Positions 50,301 through 61,895 of a stretch of DNA of 64,000 bases are shown piece by piece. The DNA comes from Psammoneis japonica (taxonomy: Eukaryota). Position 1 is the first letter of the stretch, and each line of letters begins with the position of its first letter. Below the pieces are notes generated by a model that was not told the DNA's origin, searched no databases, and saw only the letters and a list, made by a program, of their open reading frames with translations. Position numbers and translations under genes: made by a program. Location: assembly GCA_008632985.1 (NCBI GenBank), contig QPGO01000104.1:186001-250000 (forward strand), in the 5' to 3' direction.

Positions 50301-53300
50301 GTTGGTGTGTGAATGGCAGTGCTGATGTGTCGCACAGATTCAGTGGAGAAAGAACATCATGCTTTGATTTTCTGTCAAAATCACAAGAGGAAACTGATCA
50401 AGTGGGAAGTTGGTGGTCAATTTTTGACAGCTTCTGGCAAACAAATGACTGAAAGAACACAGCTTGTTGCCAGACCAAGTGGCGTCCATGTTGCCCAAAA
50501 CATCAACCCAAAAGCAGCAACCCAAGTGGCTTGGATGATTGGCTTGTGTGGACAAGAGCAAAAGAATGACAGTGCTCCACCCCCAAAAAACAGCACAAGT
50601 GTCAAGCACTCTTGTGGTTGGCTCTGCAGGGCCACATGTGTGAAGAAGGTTGTGCTCCGCCATCTGGCCACATGTGCTCGCACATTTCAATTTCCTGTGC
50701 ACATCTCATGGCACAGAATCAATTTTGCTGAGCCACAGTTCTGGGCACTCAGGAGTTTGCCTGAGCTGCTCCTTGAGGGCTCCATTGAAGAGAGGTGACA
50801 ACAAACTGGGGGCAAATTTTGTGGTGGTCCCACCGTGGTGCACCTGCAGCCACACACCACACACCTGTCTGTGAGCTGCCCCTGCTTGTGCCTGTGCAAG
50901 AGTCTTGCATTGGCAAGGGTGTGCCACACCATTTTGACACTCCTGCCAGTCCAGAACAGCACTGAGCAGTTTGGCTGTGGGTGCTGTCTGACCCATCAGC
51001 CACCATGTTTGTGGAAATTCTTCTGCCAGCAATGTGTGCATTTGCGCAAACTTCCAATGCAGTGCTGTGCAGCCCTCCATGAAACTGAGCCAGCCCCCAG
51101 CAGCAGGTCGAATCTCTCAGTCCCATTTTCCAAGCCATTGCACTGCAGCTTTTCCCATTTCTCCATTGGCCCGGGCCTTTGTCATCTTCTGATGCAGCTT
51201 GTCTGCAATGAGGAAGTCCGCTGGCCTGCTGTTGGCATGTCATGGCAGGCTTGGGTGACTCACCCCACTGGCGCAACATCACCTTGTCAACTCTGCATTG
51301 CCCAGATGCATGCTTTGCACCCCGTTGCCTCTGACAAAAAGTGAGCAGGAGTTGGTGGTAAACAAAAATGACTCCTTTCTGCTGTCTGCACAGCAGATGA
51401 GTGTCCACACAGAGACCATTGCAGGAGCCGGCAGACATGAGCCATGACAACAGGTGCACTGTTCTCTTGTTCTTGATGTTGATGAGTTCCAGTCACTTCC
51501 TGTCAAATTGACAGCCTTCATGACCTTGTTGAATCATGAGCTGTTGTCGAGTGTCAAGAATGTTCTGCAGTGACACAAGTTCACAAGTGGTGGCCAGAGT
51601 CAATTCTGGGGCCCACTCAACAGCAAAGCCAGAAGCCACTTGAGAGAGAGCAGCACATGAGTGATGTTCACAGGGTGCCAGGTTGATGGGGAGCAACAGA
51701 AATCAAAGAAGAACAAATTTTGGTGGCCAACCTCAATGGACTCATGAAGAATGAGAAAACAGCGAACAGCCAGAGTGACAAACAGGCAGCACAAAAACCA
51801 ACAAATCACTCCTTGAACACTGCACCTTGTGGCTGGGGAATGGAAAATCCATCAGCCTTGCCAGGTGATGGTCATTCTGGTGCACACCCCAAAGTGGGCT
51901 TGGGTTTGAGTCACACCAACCAAGTGTTTTGGCCACCTGTGAGACTTTCACATGGGTGCGAGCTGTGACATGCACAAGACCAATCACCCACAGCTGGCCA
52001 CACCAAAAACTGTTCCTGACCCTGGAACATGATGCACCCCTTTCTCCTGTGAGGGCACCTGCAATGGTCTCTGCACAGAGACTCATTTGCTGCGCAGACA
52101 GCAGCAAGATGTTGTGCCATGTCTGGGTCAGAGCACTGCTTGCTGTGTCCCACAGATGTCACCAAGCTCAGCTTTGAAGATGGGGCACAAATGACGTCAC
52201 TCTTGCTTTTGCTCAAATCCTGTCCTGTCAGCCTCCTTGAAGGTTTCAGGTCTGCTGTGGCATGCTCTTGTGCACCCTGGCCCACTTGCCTCATGCCAAC
52301 ATTGTCCATTCACACTGTCCACAGGAACATCAGAGTTTTCCTTTGTCCAGTCCAAAGGGGGCACAAAACTTGGCACAAACTTGCTGTTCATGAGGTGTGG
52401 CTGGTGTGTTTTTTGCATCTCTGCTGGCCTCTCCTTTGCAACTGTGTCTGTGTCCATGTTCATCTGCAAGGGACAGTCCAAGGTTTTGCATGCAACAAAA
52501 TCATCTGGGTGTCCTTCAACCTTCATGGCGACCCAAGTGAGAGGTTGCTTTCAGAGTTTGAGGTGCACATTGAGCAGATGACATTGTGTCACTTGCCTGT
52601 TGCAGTGAGGCTGTGCTCAATGTTTTTTTGCTGCACTCCCAAGAGCTTGATGGTCACTGCTCCCATCAGCCACAGTCCTTTGCTCTGTTTTTTGAACCTT
52701 GCGTGCAATGATGGATGTGAGCTCCATCCACTGCACCACAACAGACAGAAGGCCAGTCAACTCTGCACAACATGCACCACCCAAGTTTGAAGCAGGGTCT
52801 CTGGACCTTGCTCGTGCTCTCTGCTTTCTGCATTTGACAGCCTCTGTTCTTCACACAAAAGAGCCAGTGGAAAGTGCTGCAGCCACGCTCTGCTCTCTGG
52901 ATGCCCTGCAGCAGCGCTGGTTGCCATTGTTGTCATTCTTGCACCCCCCTTTGCTGGCCATCTGAAATCTTGGCAAAAACTCCCAGTGTGCTCTTGCAGG
53001 TCTGTTGGGCTGGCCTGGGTCTCTGTTTTGACTCTTGTGGCCAATGGAAATTTTGCCCATTTCCCCTGCATGCTGGTGATGACAGTGACCAGCCCTTGCT
53101 GGGCAACCCAGAGCTGGAGCATCTCCATGTGGTGTGTCCTCATCTGCCCTTTTGTGCACTCTCGCTTTTGTGATGTCCACAGGAAACAATGCCATTGTTT
53201 GTGGTTGTGATCTGTTTGCCACTTCAGTGGTGTGTTGTTGATGTTTTGATTCTGTTGCCCCAAACTGCACTCAACCAGGTGCTTCCTTCTGCCACACCAC

Positions 53301-54100
53301 CGGCCACTCTTTGGCTGATTCCCTTGTGCTGGCCACCAGTCAAGTGTGGCTCTTGGTGCTGGTCATGAGCGGGTGGTTTCCTCTCAGGCTGCAAGGCAAA
53401 ACCTCCCCCCCCAAGCCACACTGGAGAACACATTCACCTGCAAGCACAGACAATGCAGACTGAGCCTTGTGCCAGGGGCTTGCATGTGAGCCCCCACCAC
53501 CCCACCACCCCACCACTCTCTTGAGCCCAGAGGCTTCAGGAACTTGTTGACTCTCCTTTGTTGACAAACAAAGTCAGTTTCTGTGCAGAAGTCATGCTCA
53601 CTTTGGAGCTCATGTGTTCTTTGCAAATGGCAAGAAATTGGCAGCCCTTGCAGCTTTGTTCAAAGAGCTGTGCCCTGGCGAGCCAATCTCCAAGCACACA
53701 CAGTGCAAATGCTTCCACCACCAGACAAACTGGCCCTCACCACAACAGCTCTCCAGTGAGCAATGGTGGTGCTCTCTGTTGAGAGTGCTGGAGGTTTGCT
53801 TCCAGCATGTGAAAAAAATGAGGGGTGTGTCGCCAGTGTGTGGCACGAGTGCTTCGACCATTGTTGCACCTGGGTGCTCCCTCTGTGTGTGCAAGACAGA
53901 TGTCTGCTCTTGTTCAGAGGAACGTCTCTCTTTGATTGTGAGCTGCCAATGCAGCTTGAACAAATTCTCTTTTAGATTTGGCTTTTATGTGCTTTCCTTC
54001 ACTGCAGGCCCTGGACTGGCCAGCCAGTTTTCGGCGGTCGCATCCAAAAGCAAGTGTGGTGGCGTCTGTGACGTCACGGCTGTCGCCCGAAAGTTGCATG
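50300..54100. other. TpA/CpG-depleted degenerate block 5 (unclassified part)
   Basis: Virtually no TA over ~3.6 kb; no credible ORF. Confidence 0.8.
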
Positions 54101-54175
54101 CAGGAGTGAGGAGTGAACCCCCAAAACGCGACCAGATTCACCCAGCGACGAAGCAACACACAATTTGTGAACAGC

Positions 54176-54970
54176 ATGAAATTAGATGGAAAGAACATCA
54201 TCATCACTGGTGCAGCATCCGGCATCGGCAAAGCTTTATTAGAACAGCTAGTCAGGACGGACGCAAATGCCATTTTTGCAGTCGATGTGAACGCCGAATT
54301 GATCAAGAAAACCTGTTCCAGATTGCGCTCACCAAAAGTTGCGCCATATGTTTGCGACGTTTCGGATCAAGTAAACATCGATAAATTATTCCACCATGCA
54401 AAAGAAGAGCTCGGCACCATTGATGTGTTTATTGCAAATGCCGGCTTTGCATATTATGAACGGCTCGACGGAGCGAACTACGAACAAATCGAGAAGATAT
54501 ACCAAGTGAATGTGTTTAGTGCGATATATTCCTTTGAAAAGATGCAACAAATCAACCGAGGCCGTGACCACAAGACTGTAATCACTGCATCAGCAATGGC
54601 GCACATGGGTGTACCGGGGTATGCTCTGTACGCTGGAACGAAATCAGCCTTGCACCGGTTTGCTGAAAGCGTTCGCTGGGAAATGAGCAATCCTGAAGAG
54701 TTGATGTTGGTGTATCCGATATCCACACGAACCAGCTTCTTTGATGCGGCTGGTAACGGGGTGCCGACGGCGTGGCCTACCCAGTCATCGGAAACTGTTG
54801 CCCGTGCAATGCTTCATGGCATCAGGCGGGACAACCAGAGCGTTTATCCTTCCTACCTCTTTCGCGTTACTCGGTTGCTCAAACGATTTTTACCAGTACA
54901 TCGCGTGGTCCTCTACCCGGAGTATCGAAAGTTCCAAAAATGGGATAATGCAGAGTGTTCCATTCATTAG
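54176..54970 (+). CDS. Classical short-chain dehydrogenase/reductase
   Basis: TGAASGIG, NAG, S and YAGTK motifs; intronless. Confidence 0.92.
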   Translation: MKLDGKNIIITGAASGIGKALLEQLVRTDANAIFAVDVNAELIKKTCSRLRSPKVAPYVCDVSDQVNIDKLFHHAKEELGTIDVFIANAGFAYYERLDGANYEQIEKIYQVNVFSAIYSFEKMQQINRGRDHKTVITASAMAHMGVPGYALYAGTKSALHRFAESVRWEMSNPEELMLVYPISTRTSFFDAAGNGVPTAWPTQSSETVARAMLHGIRRDNQSVYPSYLFRVTRLLKRFLPVHRVVLYPEYRKFQKWDNAECSIH

Positions 54971-55093
54971 AAGTTAGAATTAAGATTTACAAGCAACGCA
55001 AATTTTGCACAAGTCGATTTGAAAGTTTCGTGGGCAACTGATGGAGTTTACTCCCATCTATATACTGCTAGACAATACGTCCTTCATTAAATA

Positions 55094-55660
55094 TTAAATG
55101 GAAACCTTCACATTCATAGGATATTCTGTCTCATCTCTCGTCAAAACGAAGAAATATGGGAATTCGCCAGCACCCTTCATATCCATGGCTCCGAGTAGCG
55201 TGCTATTGTCAACCTTGACAAAATGATCTAAAATGGCTTTTTGGTCATAGACCATGGTACCAGTTACCTTTCCTTGATACTCAATCATTCGCAAACGAGC
55301 CTTGGACGTTCGTGTAGCTACCAAAGGGCGGAGTATGACGCGCAGTGCTCCTACCGCTCGTATCTTGGGAAGCTTCATGCCCAAACCAAGGGGGATGCAC
55401 CCTGGGTTGACGGCAAAAAGTTTTGTTTTTCGGTAATTGTAAAAGATCAGAGGATGTACCTCTTCCGGGCTCTCAAATAGCTTGCCGTACCATCCACTGA
55501 GATCGAGCAGCCCGTCGAGGCGGTGACCCGTCTTGATTTCAGAGCCTTTCCATTTTCCAATCATAAAGTCCAGCGTTGCTGGAGGCAATGTGTTGAAAAT
55601 GTGCAAGACATCTTCAGGACGAGCTTGTCTTGATTCCAGGAGTTGCTCAAGCGTAACCAT
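55094..55660 (-). CDS. GXWXG / DUF4334 domain protein
   Basis: FMIGKWKG, GHRLDGLL...GWYGK.F, ARLRMIEYQGKVTGTMVYD...ILDHF and LLGAMD motifs. Confidence 0.88.
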   Translation of the reverse strand: MVTLEQLLESRQARPEDVLHIFNTLPPATLDFMIGKWKGSEIKTGHRLDGLLDLSGWYGKLFESPEEVHPLIFYNYRKTKLFAVNPGCIPLGLGMKLPKIRAVGALRVILRPLVATRTSKARLRMIEYQGKVTGTMVYDQKAILDHFVKVDNSTLLGAMDMKGAGEFPYFFVLTRDETEYPMNVKVSI

Positions 55661-55899
55661 GAGTGTAAAAGCGAGCAACGAAACTGCAAGTCAAAGCGCT
55701 CATGTTTGTTGCATGTGCAGCTGTGCCGCATGATCCCGCTTCCTCTCTTATCACACCAAAGTGAACCTCAACAAGCTGGAAGCGCAATCGCAGATCTTTT
55801 CGCGCGCAACGGACGGACAGAATAGAAATCGAAGGGCCCTGCTGCTCTCTGCTGTAGCTTGAGCAATGAATGTAGCTCTCTGCTAAAGGTCGATTCTAG

Positions 55900-58480
55900 A
55901 GAGAAAAAACAGCTTCGTCTCAAGGACTGATTCTGCACTGCAGCGCAGCTTGAGACAAAGGATGTCTCTCTTATTTTTAACTGTGATGTGCACGCGATGA
56001 GAGTGAGCACTGCGAAGCACCGTTCTCAGTGGCGGCACGTGGTCGACAAAGAGCTGCTGCATCCTTTGTGCCGACTGTCGTGAGACACATGCAAAATGTG
56101 ACATAAAGATTTCCAACTGCAATTGCAACTTTTTTGCTGGTCCTTGTCAAATTGGCTTTCGGTTTGCATGCAGCTCCTTGAAAGCAGAGCTGCATGTGGC
56201 GACTCTTCAGGGCAAGACTTGGGACATTGCTCGACTGTTGTTGTGATCGTTTTGCTCCCATCAGGAAATGCAATTTCTTCATTTTTTCTGTTTTGCTGCA
56301 GGTTCCTTCTTCAATGGTCATGGGGGTTGGCCAGTTGGAGTTTCCACTTGTGGCAAAACAAGTTTCCGTGCGGACAACGTGCAGATGCAATGAAGGACAG
56401 CCGCTCCGATCCATTTGAGCACGGATTTGGAATGAGCTCGACAAGCAGGCTCCAGATCTGATCACTGATGGTGCAGAGCTCCCATCAATTGCACTTTTGG
56501 TTTCACGCACTGTCCCATCATAAAGCACATCACGTGCCACATCACACAGCCAAGCTGCATTGACGCCATGGGGCGAAAATGAGCAAGGTGTTGTGATTGC
56601 CACTGTCGCTTTGAAGGGGAAGCAAAAAATGTTCCAAACAAGGCACCAACCATTGTTTGCAGTGTCCAACAACTGCACTTGCTGCACAAACCAGCTCTTC
56701 TTCTCTTTTTGAAAAAAAAACATCCCATTGTTCCTTTTCTGTGTCATGCACGGCGGTGCATTGTCGACGTTGGAAACCAGAGTGTCATTTTCTGCATCTG
56801 TCATGGGAAACTGGCAGAAACAAAAATGATGCTGTCCACACGTGTGCATTCATTAGATGCCAGAATTCCTCAGATGCTGACAATTGCGTCTGCAGTGGAA
56901 ATCAACCCAGTGATTGCAGACTCATCAATGCAGCGGTGTGAGAGCCCTGCAGAAAAAATGTCAGCAAACACACTGCTTGTTGGCATGTCCAAATGCGGCA
57001 TGACAGTCAACAGTGCCAAGAAATCCAGCACAGCCATCAAAACAAGCACTGTTTTGCAGTGGTGTGACCACACTCTCATCTTGATTGACGTTGCGGCCAT
57101 CGATCTACAAACGATCAAGTCCCATGGTGGGAGACGCGGTGTTTTTTGCTGTTCTGAGCATTGCATTGGATGGGTGCAACTTCAAAATGCCACGTCATGT
57201 GCCACAACAACACACAGCTTTGTGTGCAATGCACTGGGTGACAATGTGTGAACCTCAAGCAACCAGGAGGTGGTGGCCGTCCAACCCACCAAAAGTGACC
57301 CGGATGTTGGGATTCTCAATTTGCCAAAATCAGGTGATTTTGCCAAATCCAACCAGCCATCCACCCTCGTTGTGACTGATTTCTGGCCACTCGCCGGAAG
57401 GGCACATTGACTCATTGTCACTCACATGGGGGGCTGCTCTGGCTGACTCATGGCACTTGGTGCCTGCATTGCCAGGGACGCGTTCCAGCTCCAGGTGGGG
57501 ACCTCGCACTGCTGCACTGTGACATCAAGAGTTTTTTGGATTGTGTGGCATGTCGCGCACACAGATTTCTGCGTGCGACATTCTACAAAATTGTTTCATG
57601 CTCCCCATTTTGCAAAGCCAAAGGCTTTCTATTTTCAACATTTGTGAGAATGAAAATGCTCTGGGCACATTCTTCAATGTCTGAAGAATGTGCCCGGGCA
57701 AACCATTGACAATGCACCGCAAGTGTGGAGGAGGAGATGCGTTCGTAAAATTGCCTCTTTTTCTGTTGACAATCATTTGCATTTTCATTGCTTGACAAAT
57801 TCACTGCGGAGCTCGCATGCAGAATTCTGTGGGCCCAATGTCACACGGAGTCCCACCTGGGACTGGAACCCATCCAGGGCAGAAGCATTCTCTGGGTGAT
57901 CTTCACAATCATCAGGTCTTGGCCCACCTGTGCAGCTGAGAGCAACCAGCATGATGAGAAATGCAGAGTTGGCGAGGATGATGCTCACACCCACACTTGG
58001 CCACCAAGAATCACAAGAACAACCATTTTCTCCCTGGTCATCATGCCTGTGGTCACTTGTCACAGCAGCTGTTGCCACCTGAAAGGCGCCAGCACACATG
58101 CAAAGACAGCCCAAAGCCCCCACCAAAGTGAGCTCACATGCATCTTCATGTGGCACCACCAGAGCCAGTGGACAAGGAGAACACTTGTGACAGCACAGCC
58201 AGATTCACAACCAGAGATTTGCAGCTGCACACGGACACTGCTGCAGCTGACAAGATCCAGGAGGCAGTGGCGCAGGCAAGCCAAGCACTGCCCACCTGTC
58301 GTTTGTCAAAGCAGCATTTGAGCAAAATCATCAGGTGAGACTTGTTTCAGAGCCTGGCACAAAGCTGCATCACAATGGATGATGGCAGAAATCCCAGCTT
58401 TCTTGTGACATCCCACTCACCCAATCCTCGCAGCAACTTCTTTCCCCTTCTTTTGTGGCACACTTTGCCGCCGCCCTTTT
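55900..58480. other. TpA/CpG-depleted degenerate block 6
   Basis: Same composition as the other blocks; contains MITE A copy 3. Confidence 0.8.
57477..57874 (+). mobile_element. MITE family A, copy 3
   Basis: Same TIRs and body as copy 1; TSD CAGG. Confidence 0.9.
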
Positions 58481-58878
58481 CGACCTTGAAGAGACTCCTC
58501 TTTTGAACTCGGTCATTCTATTTTTATGAAACCACCGTGCAGAATACACTGCTGCAACGCAGGAAAAGGCTTGTTGATGACACATCGTGTCACGAACTGC
58601 GGTCGTGTGCATTTTTATTTGTGAGAACTCCTTCAAGGCACACGCAAAAAATCTTTTTGCGCGCAATTTTTCAATTTGAAATCGCGTGCGAGAACAAAGA
58701 TCGGCATCGAACTCGATCCAAAATCGTCGTAGAAGCTGATACAAAAGCTACAGAGTACCAAAACTTGTGTACAATTCTACGGTTCATTCGAATCGAATCA
58801 ATCCAACATCGTGCAACTCCCACCGCTCAAAAACCAACACGAGCGAGAAAGACGACGCAAAAACGCTGAGTCCCGACC

Positions 58879-61560
58879 ATGAGCAGTGTTGTTGGAATTG
58901 ACTTTGGCAATGCCAACACGGTCATTGCCGCTGCAGGCCGTGGTGGTGTGGATGTGATTCTGAACGGAAATTCCAATCGACTCAACCCGTAAGTGTGACG
59001 ATCTTTGTCATTGATTCGAGCTGCGTGTAGAAGTCTACGTAGCTTTCAGTACAATAGATTTCCCGATTTTTTTTTTCGCTCACATTTTTTTCTAATTTTT
59101 TCTTATGCTTTCTGTAGTTGCATGGTTGGGTTTTCCGAATGCCGCAGTCTCGGAGAAGGCGCCAGTACGACTGCTACGTCCAACTACAAGAACACGATCA
59201 CCAGTATGAAGCGTCTAGTGGGATTGGCCTTTGACGATCCCCGAGCTAAGGCGGAGATGGAGTGGCTCGGATTTGAATGTGTCCCCATCAAGCACGCGGC
59301 CAGAGGTCCTGATTCGATCGGAGTCAAGGTCAACTTTAACAACGAAGAAACCGTAGTCTCCATAGAAGCTGTCGCTGGAATGATGGTGAAGCATCTGGGT
59401 GAAATTGCAGCTAGGAAAGCGGCTGATTCGGCTCCGAATGTGTCGGATCATTCCAAGTTGAGTCTTGATCAGTATCGGCCGCAGGACTGGGTCATTGCCA
59501 TTCCCGGATACTACACGGATGCGCAGAGGCGTGGATTTCTAGTTGGATGTGAATTGGCAGGAATCACGGGTGTTCAGCGTCTCATGCACGAAACAACCGC
59601 CACCGCCTTGGCTTATGGGATTTTCAAGGATATTCGCAAAGAGTTCAAAAAGGATGAACCGACCAACGTTATGTTTCTTGATATCGGAGCCACGGCTTAC
59701 TCGGTAGCAATTGCGGCCTTTGAACCTGGGAAACTTATCGTCAAGGGTACGGCGTACGATGCCAACCTCGGAGGACGCGACTTTGACATGCTTATTGCTG
59801 ACTTTATTGCTACCGAGTTTGAAAACAAATACAAGGGAAAGCTCAGCGCCAAGCCCATGGAAAAGCCAAAGGTTCGAATCAAGATTTTGGCTGCAGCTGA
59901 AAAGGCGAAAAAGACACTCAGTCCCCACGGTGTCAAGGAGGTACGCATCAATCTGGAATGCCTCATGGATGACCTGGACTTTGGAGTTACACTCAAGCAG
60001 GAGGCTTACGAGAAAATGTGCAAGCCATTGCTCGATCGTCTTGCCAAGCCAATCGAGACGGCCTTGGAAGAGGCAAAGCTTAAGGTTACCGACCTTGCGA
60101 GTGTGGAGATTGTGGGCGGTACAACCAGGATTGGATCCGTCAAGAGGACGTTGCAGCATATTTTGGGCGGCAAGAATCTTTCCACCACCATGAATGCGGA
60201 TGAGGCTGTCGCTCGTGGTGCCGCTCTTCAGAGTGCTATTCTCTCTCCTCGGTTCAAGGTTCTTCCCTACGAGATTCAAGAATACCAACCCTTCCCAGTC
60301 AAGGTCATGTGGGATGAAGTTGCCGAGGGTACCGGTATGGAAGTGGAGGGCGACGCAGAGGGCAATGACGGCGGTATGCCTTCCAACTCGGTTGTCATGT
60401 TTGACCGTGGATTGAACTTTCCCGTGGTGCGTCGCGTGACGCTTCGTCGATCCGGTGACTTTTCCGTCAAGGCCGAGTACGATGATGAATCGCATACGCA
60501 CGGCTTTCCGGAAAATGTGAACAAGGACATTGCCACCTTTAGCATCAAGGCCCCCGCCGGTGAAGAAAAGAAGGTGCGAGTCAATGTCAAGCAGGATATT
60601 CACGGAATCATTTCATTGAGCTCTGCACAAATGGTGGAGGAGATTGAAGAAGAGGAAGCGGAACCGCCCAAGGACGAAACACAAGGAGACGCCAAGGAAG
60701 GCGAAGCCAAGGAGGAGGACGCCAAAAAGAAGAAAAAGGTCAAAAAGACCAATCTCGAATTCACCATCAGCCAGCCCTTGTTTTGGACCAAGGCTGAAAT
60801 CGACGCTGCCTTTGAATCAGAGGTTGCCATGGCCAACATTGATCGTGTTTTCCGTGAGACATCGGATATGCGCAACGAACTCGAATCGTACATTTATGAC
60901 ATGCGAGACAAGATCATATCCGAATCGCAATTGGCTCCCTACGGTACCGACGAGGAAAAGGCTGCCTTGTCTGCTGCTCTCGAAACAAACGAAAATTGGC
61001 TCTACGAAGACGGATTCGATGCCACAAAGTCTGTGTATGCCGAAAAGCTTGAAGAGTTGAAGAAGCTCGGAGGGCCAATTGAGTTCCGTCACACCGAGGC
61101 CGCCAACCGTCCTGGTGCTTTGTCTGCTCTTCAGAAGCTTGTTGAGAGCTACAGGACTTGGCTCAATGACTCGCAGACCAACGAGAAGTACGCTCATATT
61201 ACCGATGAAGAGCGCGAGGATTGCCACCTCAAGTGCGATGAGATTTCGAGCTGGGTATACGAGATGCTCGACAAGCAGGGTTCTCTCCCTGCTAACGTTA
61301 ATCCCATTGTAACCGTGGCAGAGGTGAATGCCAGATCGGCTGAGCTCACCAAAACTTTGACTCCCGTGATGAAGAAACCGGCACCTAAGATTGAACCAGA
61401 GAAGAAACCTGAGAAGCCTGCCGAGCCGTCGGCCGAGAATGCTGCGGAACCCATGGAAACGGAAACCACGGAAGAGGGTGCAGCGCCCACGGGTGAAGAG
61501 AGCAAAAAGGAGGAAGAACCTACACCCATGGAAGGTGTGGAGGTGCCTGCTGTGGATTAG
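58879..61560 (+). CDS. HSP110: HSP110/Sse1-type HSP70-family chaperone; exons 58879-58988 and 59118-61560
   Basis: MSSVVGIDFG, GGRDFD, VEIVGGTTRI, TTMNADEAVARG and RNELESYIY...ENWLYEDG. In-frame GT-AG intron. Confidence 0.95.
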
Positions 61561-61895
61561 ATTGGTTCTGGGGCTTTGAGTGTAGGTGATTTGACACTTT
61601 CGACGCGGGTATCTCTTGTGCAGTTTGCTGTGATAAAAATAGTCATTTAGTTACCGTGAAAAGGTTTTATAGTCGTACGATAGCTGACTAACTAGAGACC
61701 ATGCAACCACCGAAATTCCGAAACGTCCTCGAGCTCATGCGCGCTGTTGGCACGCGGTCACGCACAGTGCGACATCTTCAATCTTGCGATCTTTCGTATC
61801 TTTGATCTTTGACGATCTTCCTTGATAGCTCTTGCCCCATCCATTCCAATTCATAAGCTACCGAGCTAAATGTAGTTGGAGTGAATCGTAAAACA

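Noticed and set aside
2390..58480. Ordinary CpG decay or fungal-type RIP as the sole explanation of block composition
   Set aside because: Neither removes TpA. RIP would increase it, and Tyr->Cys/His changes need A->G/T->C.
59005..59117. N-terminal extension MSLIRAAC... of the HSP110 ORF
   Set aside because: Lies in the intron. The true start is 58879.
59539..60603. 354-aa antisense ORF, also 12029..12724 and 25651..26535
   Set aside because: Shadow ORFs opposite HSP110, the mucin-like stalk and the RT.
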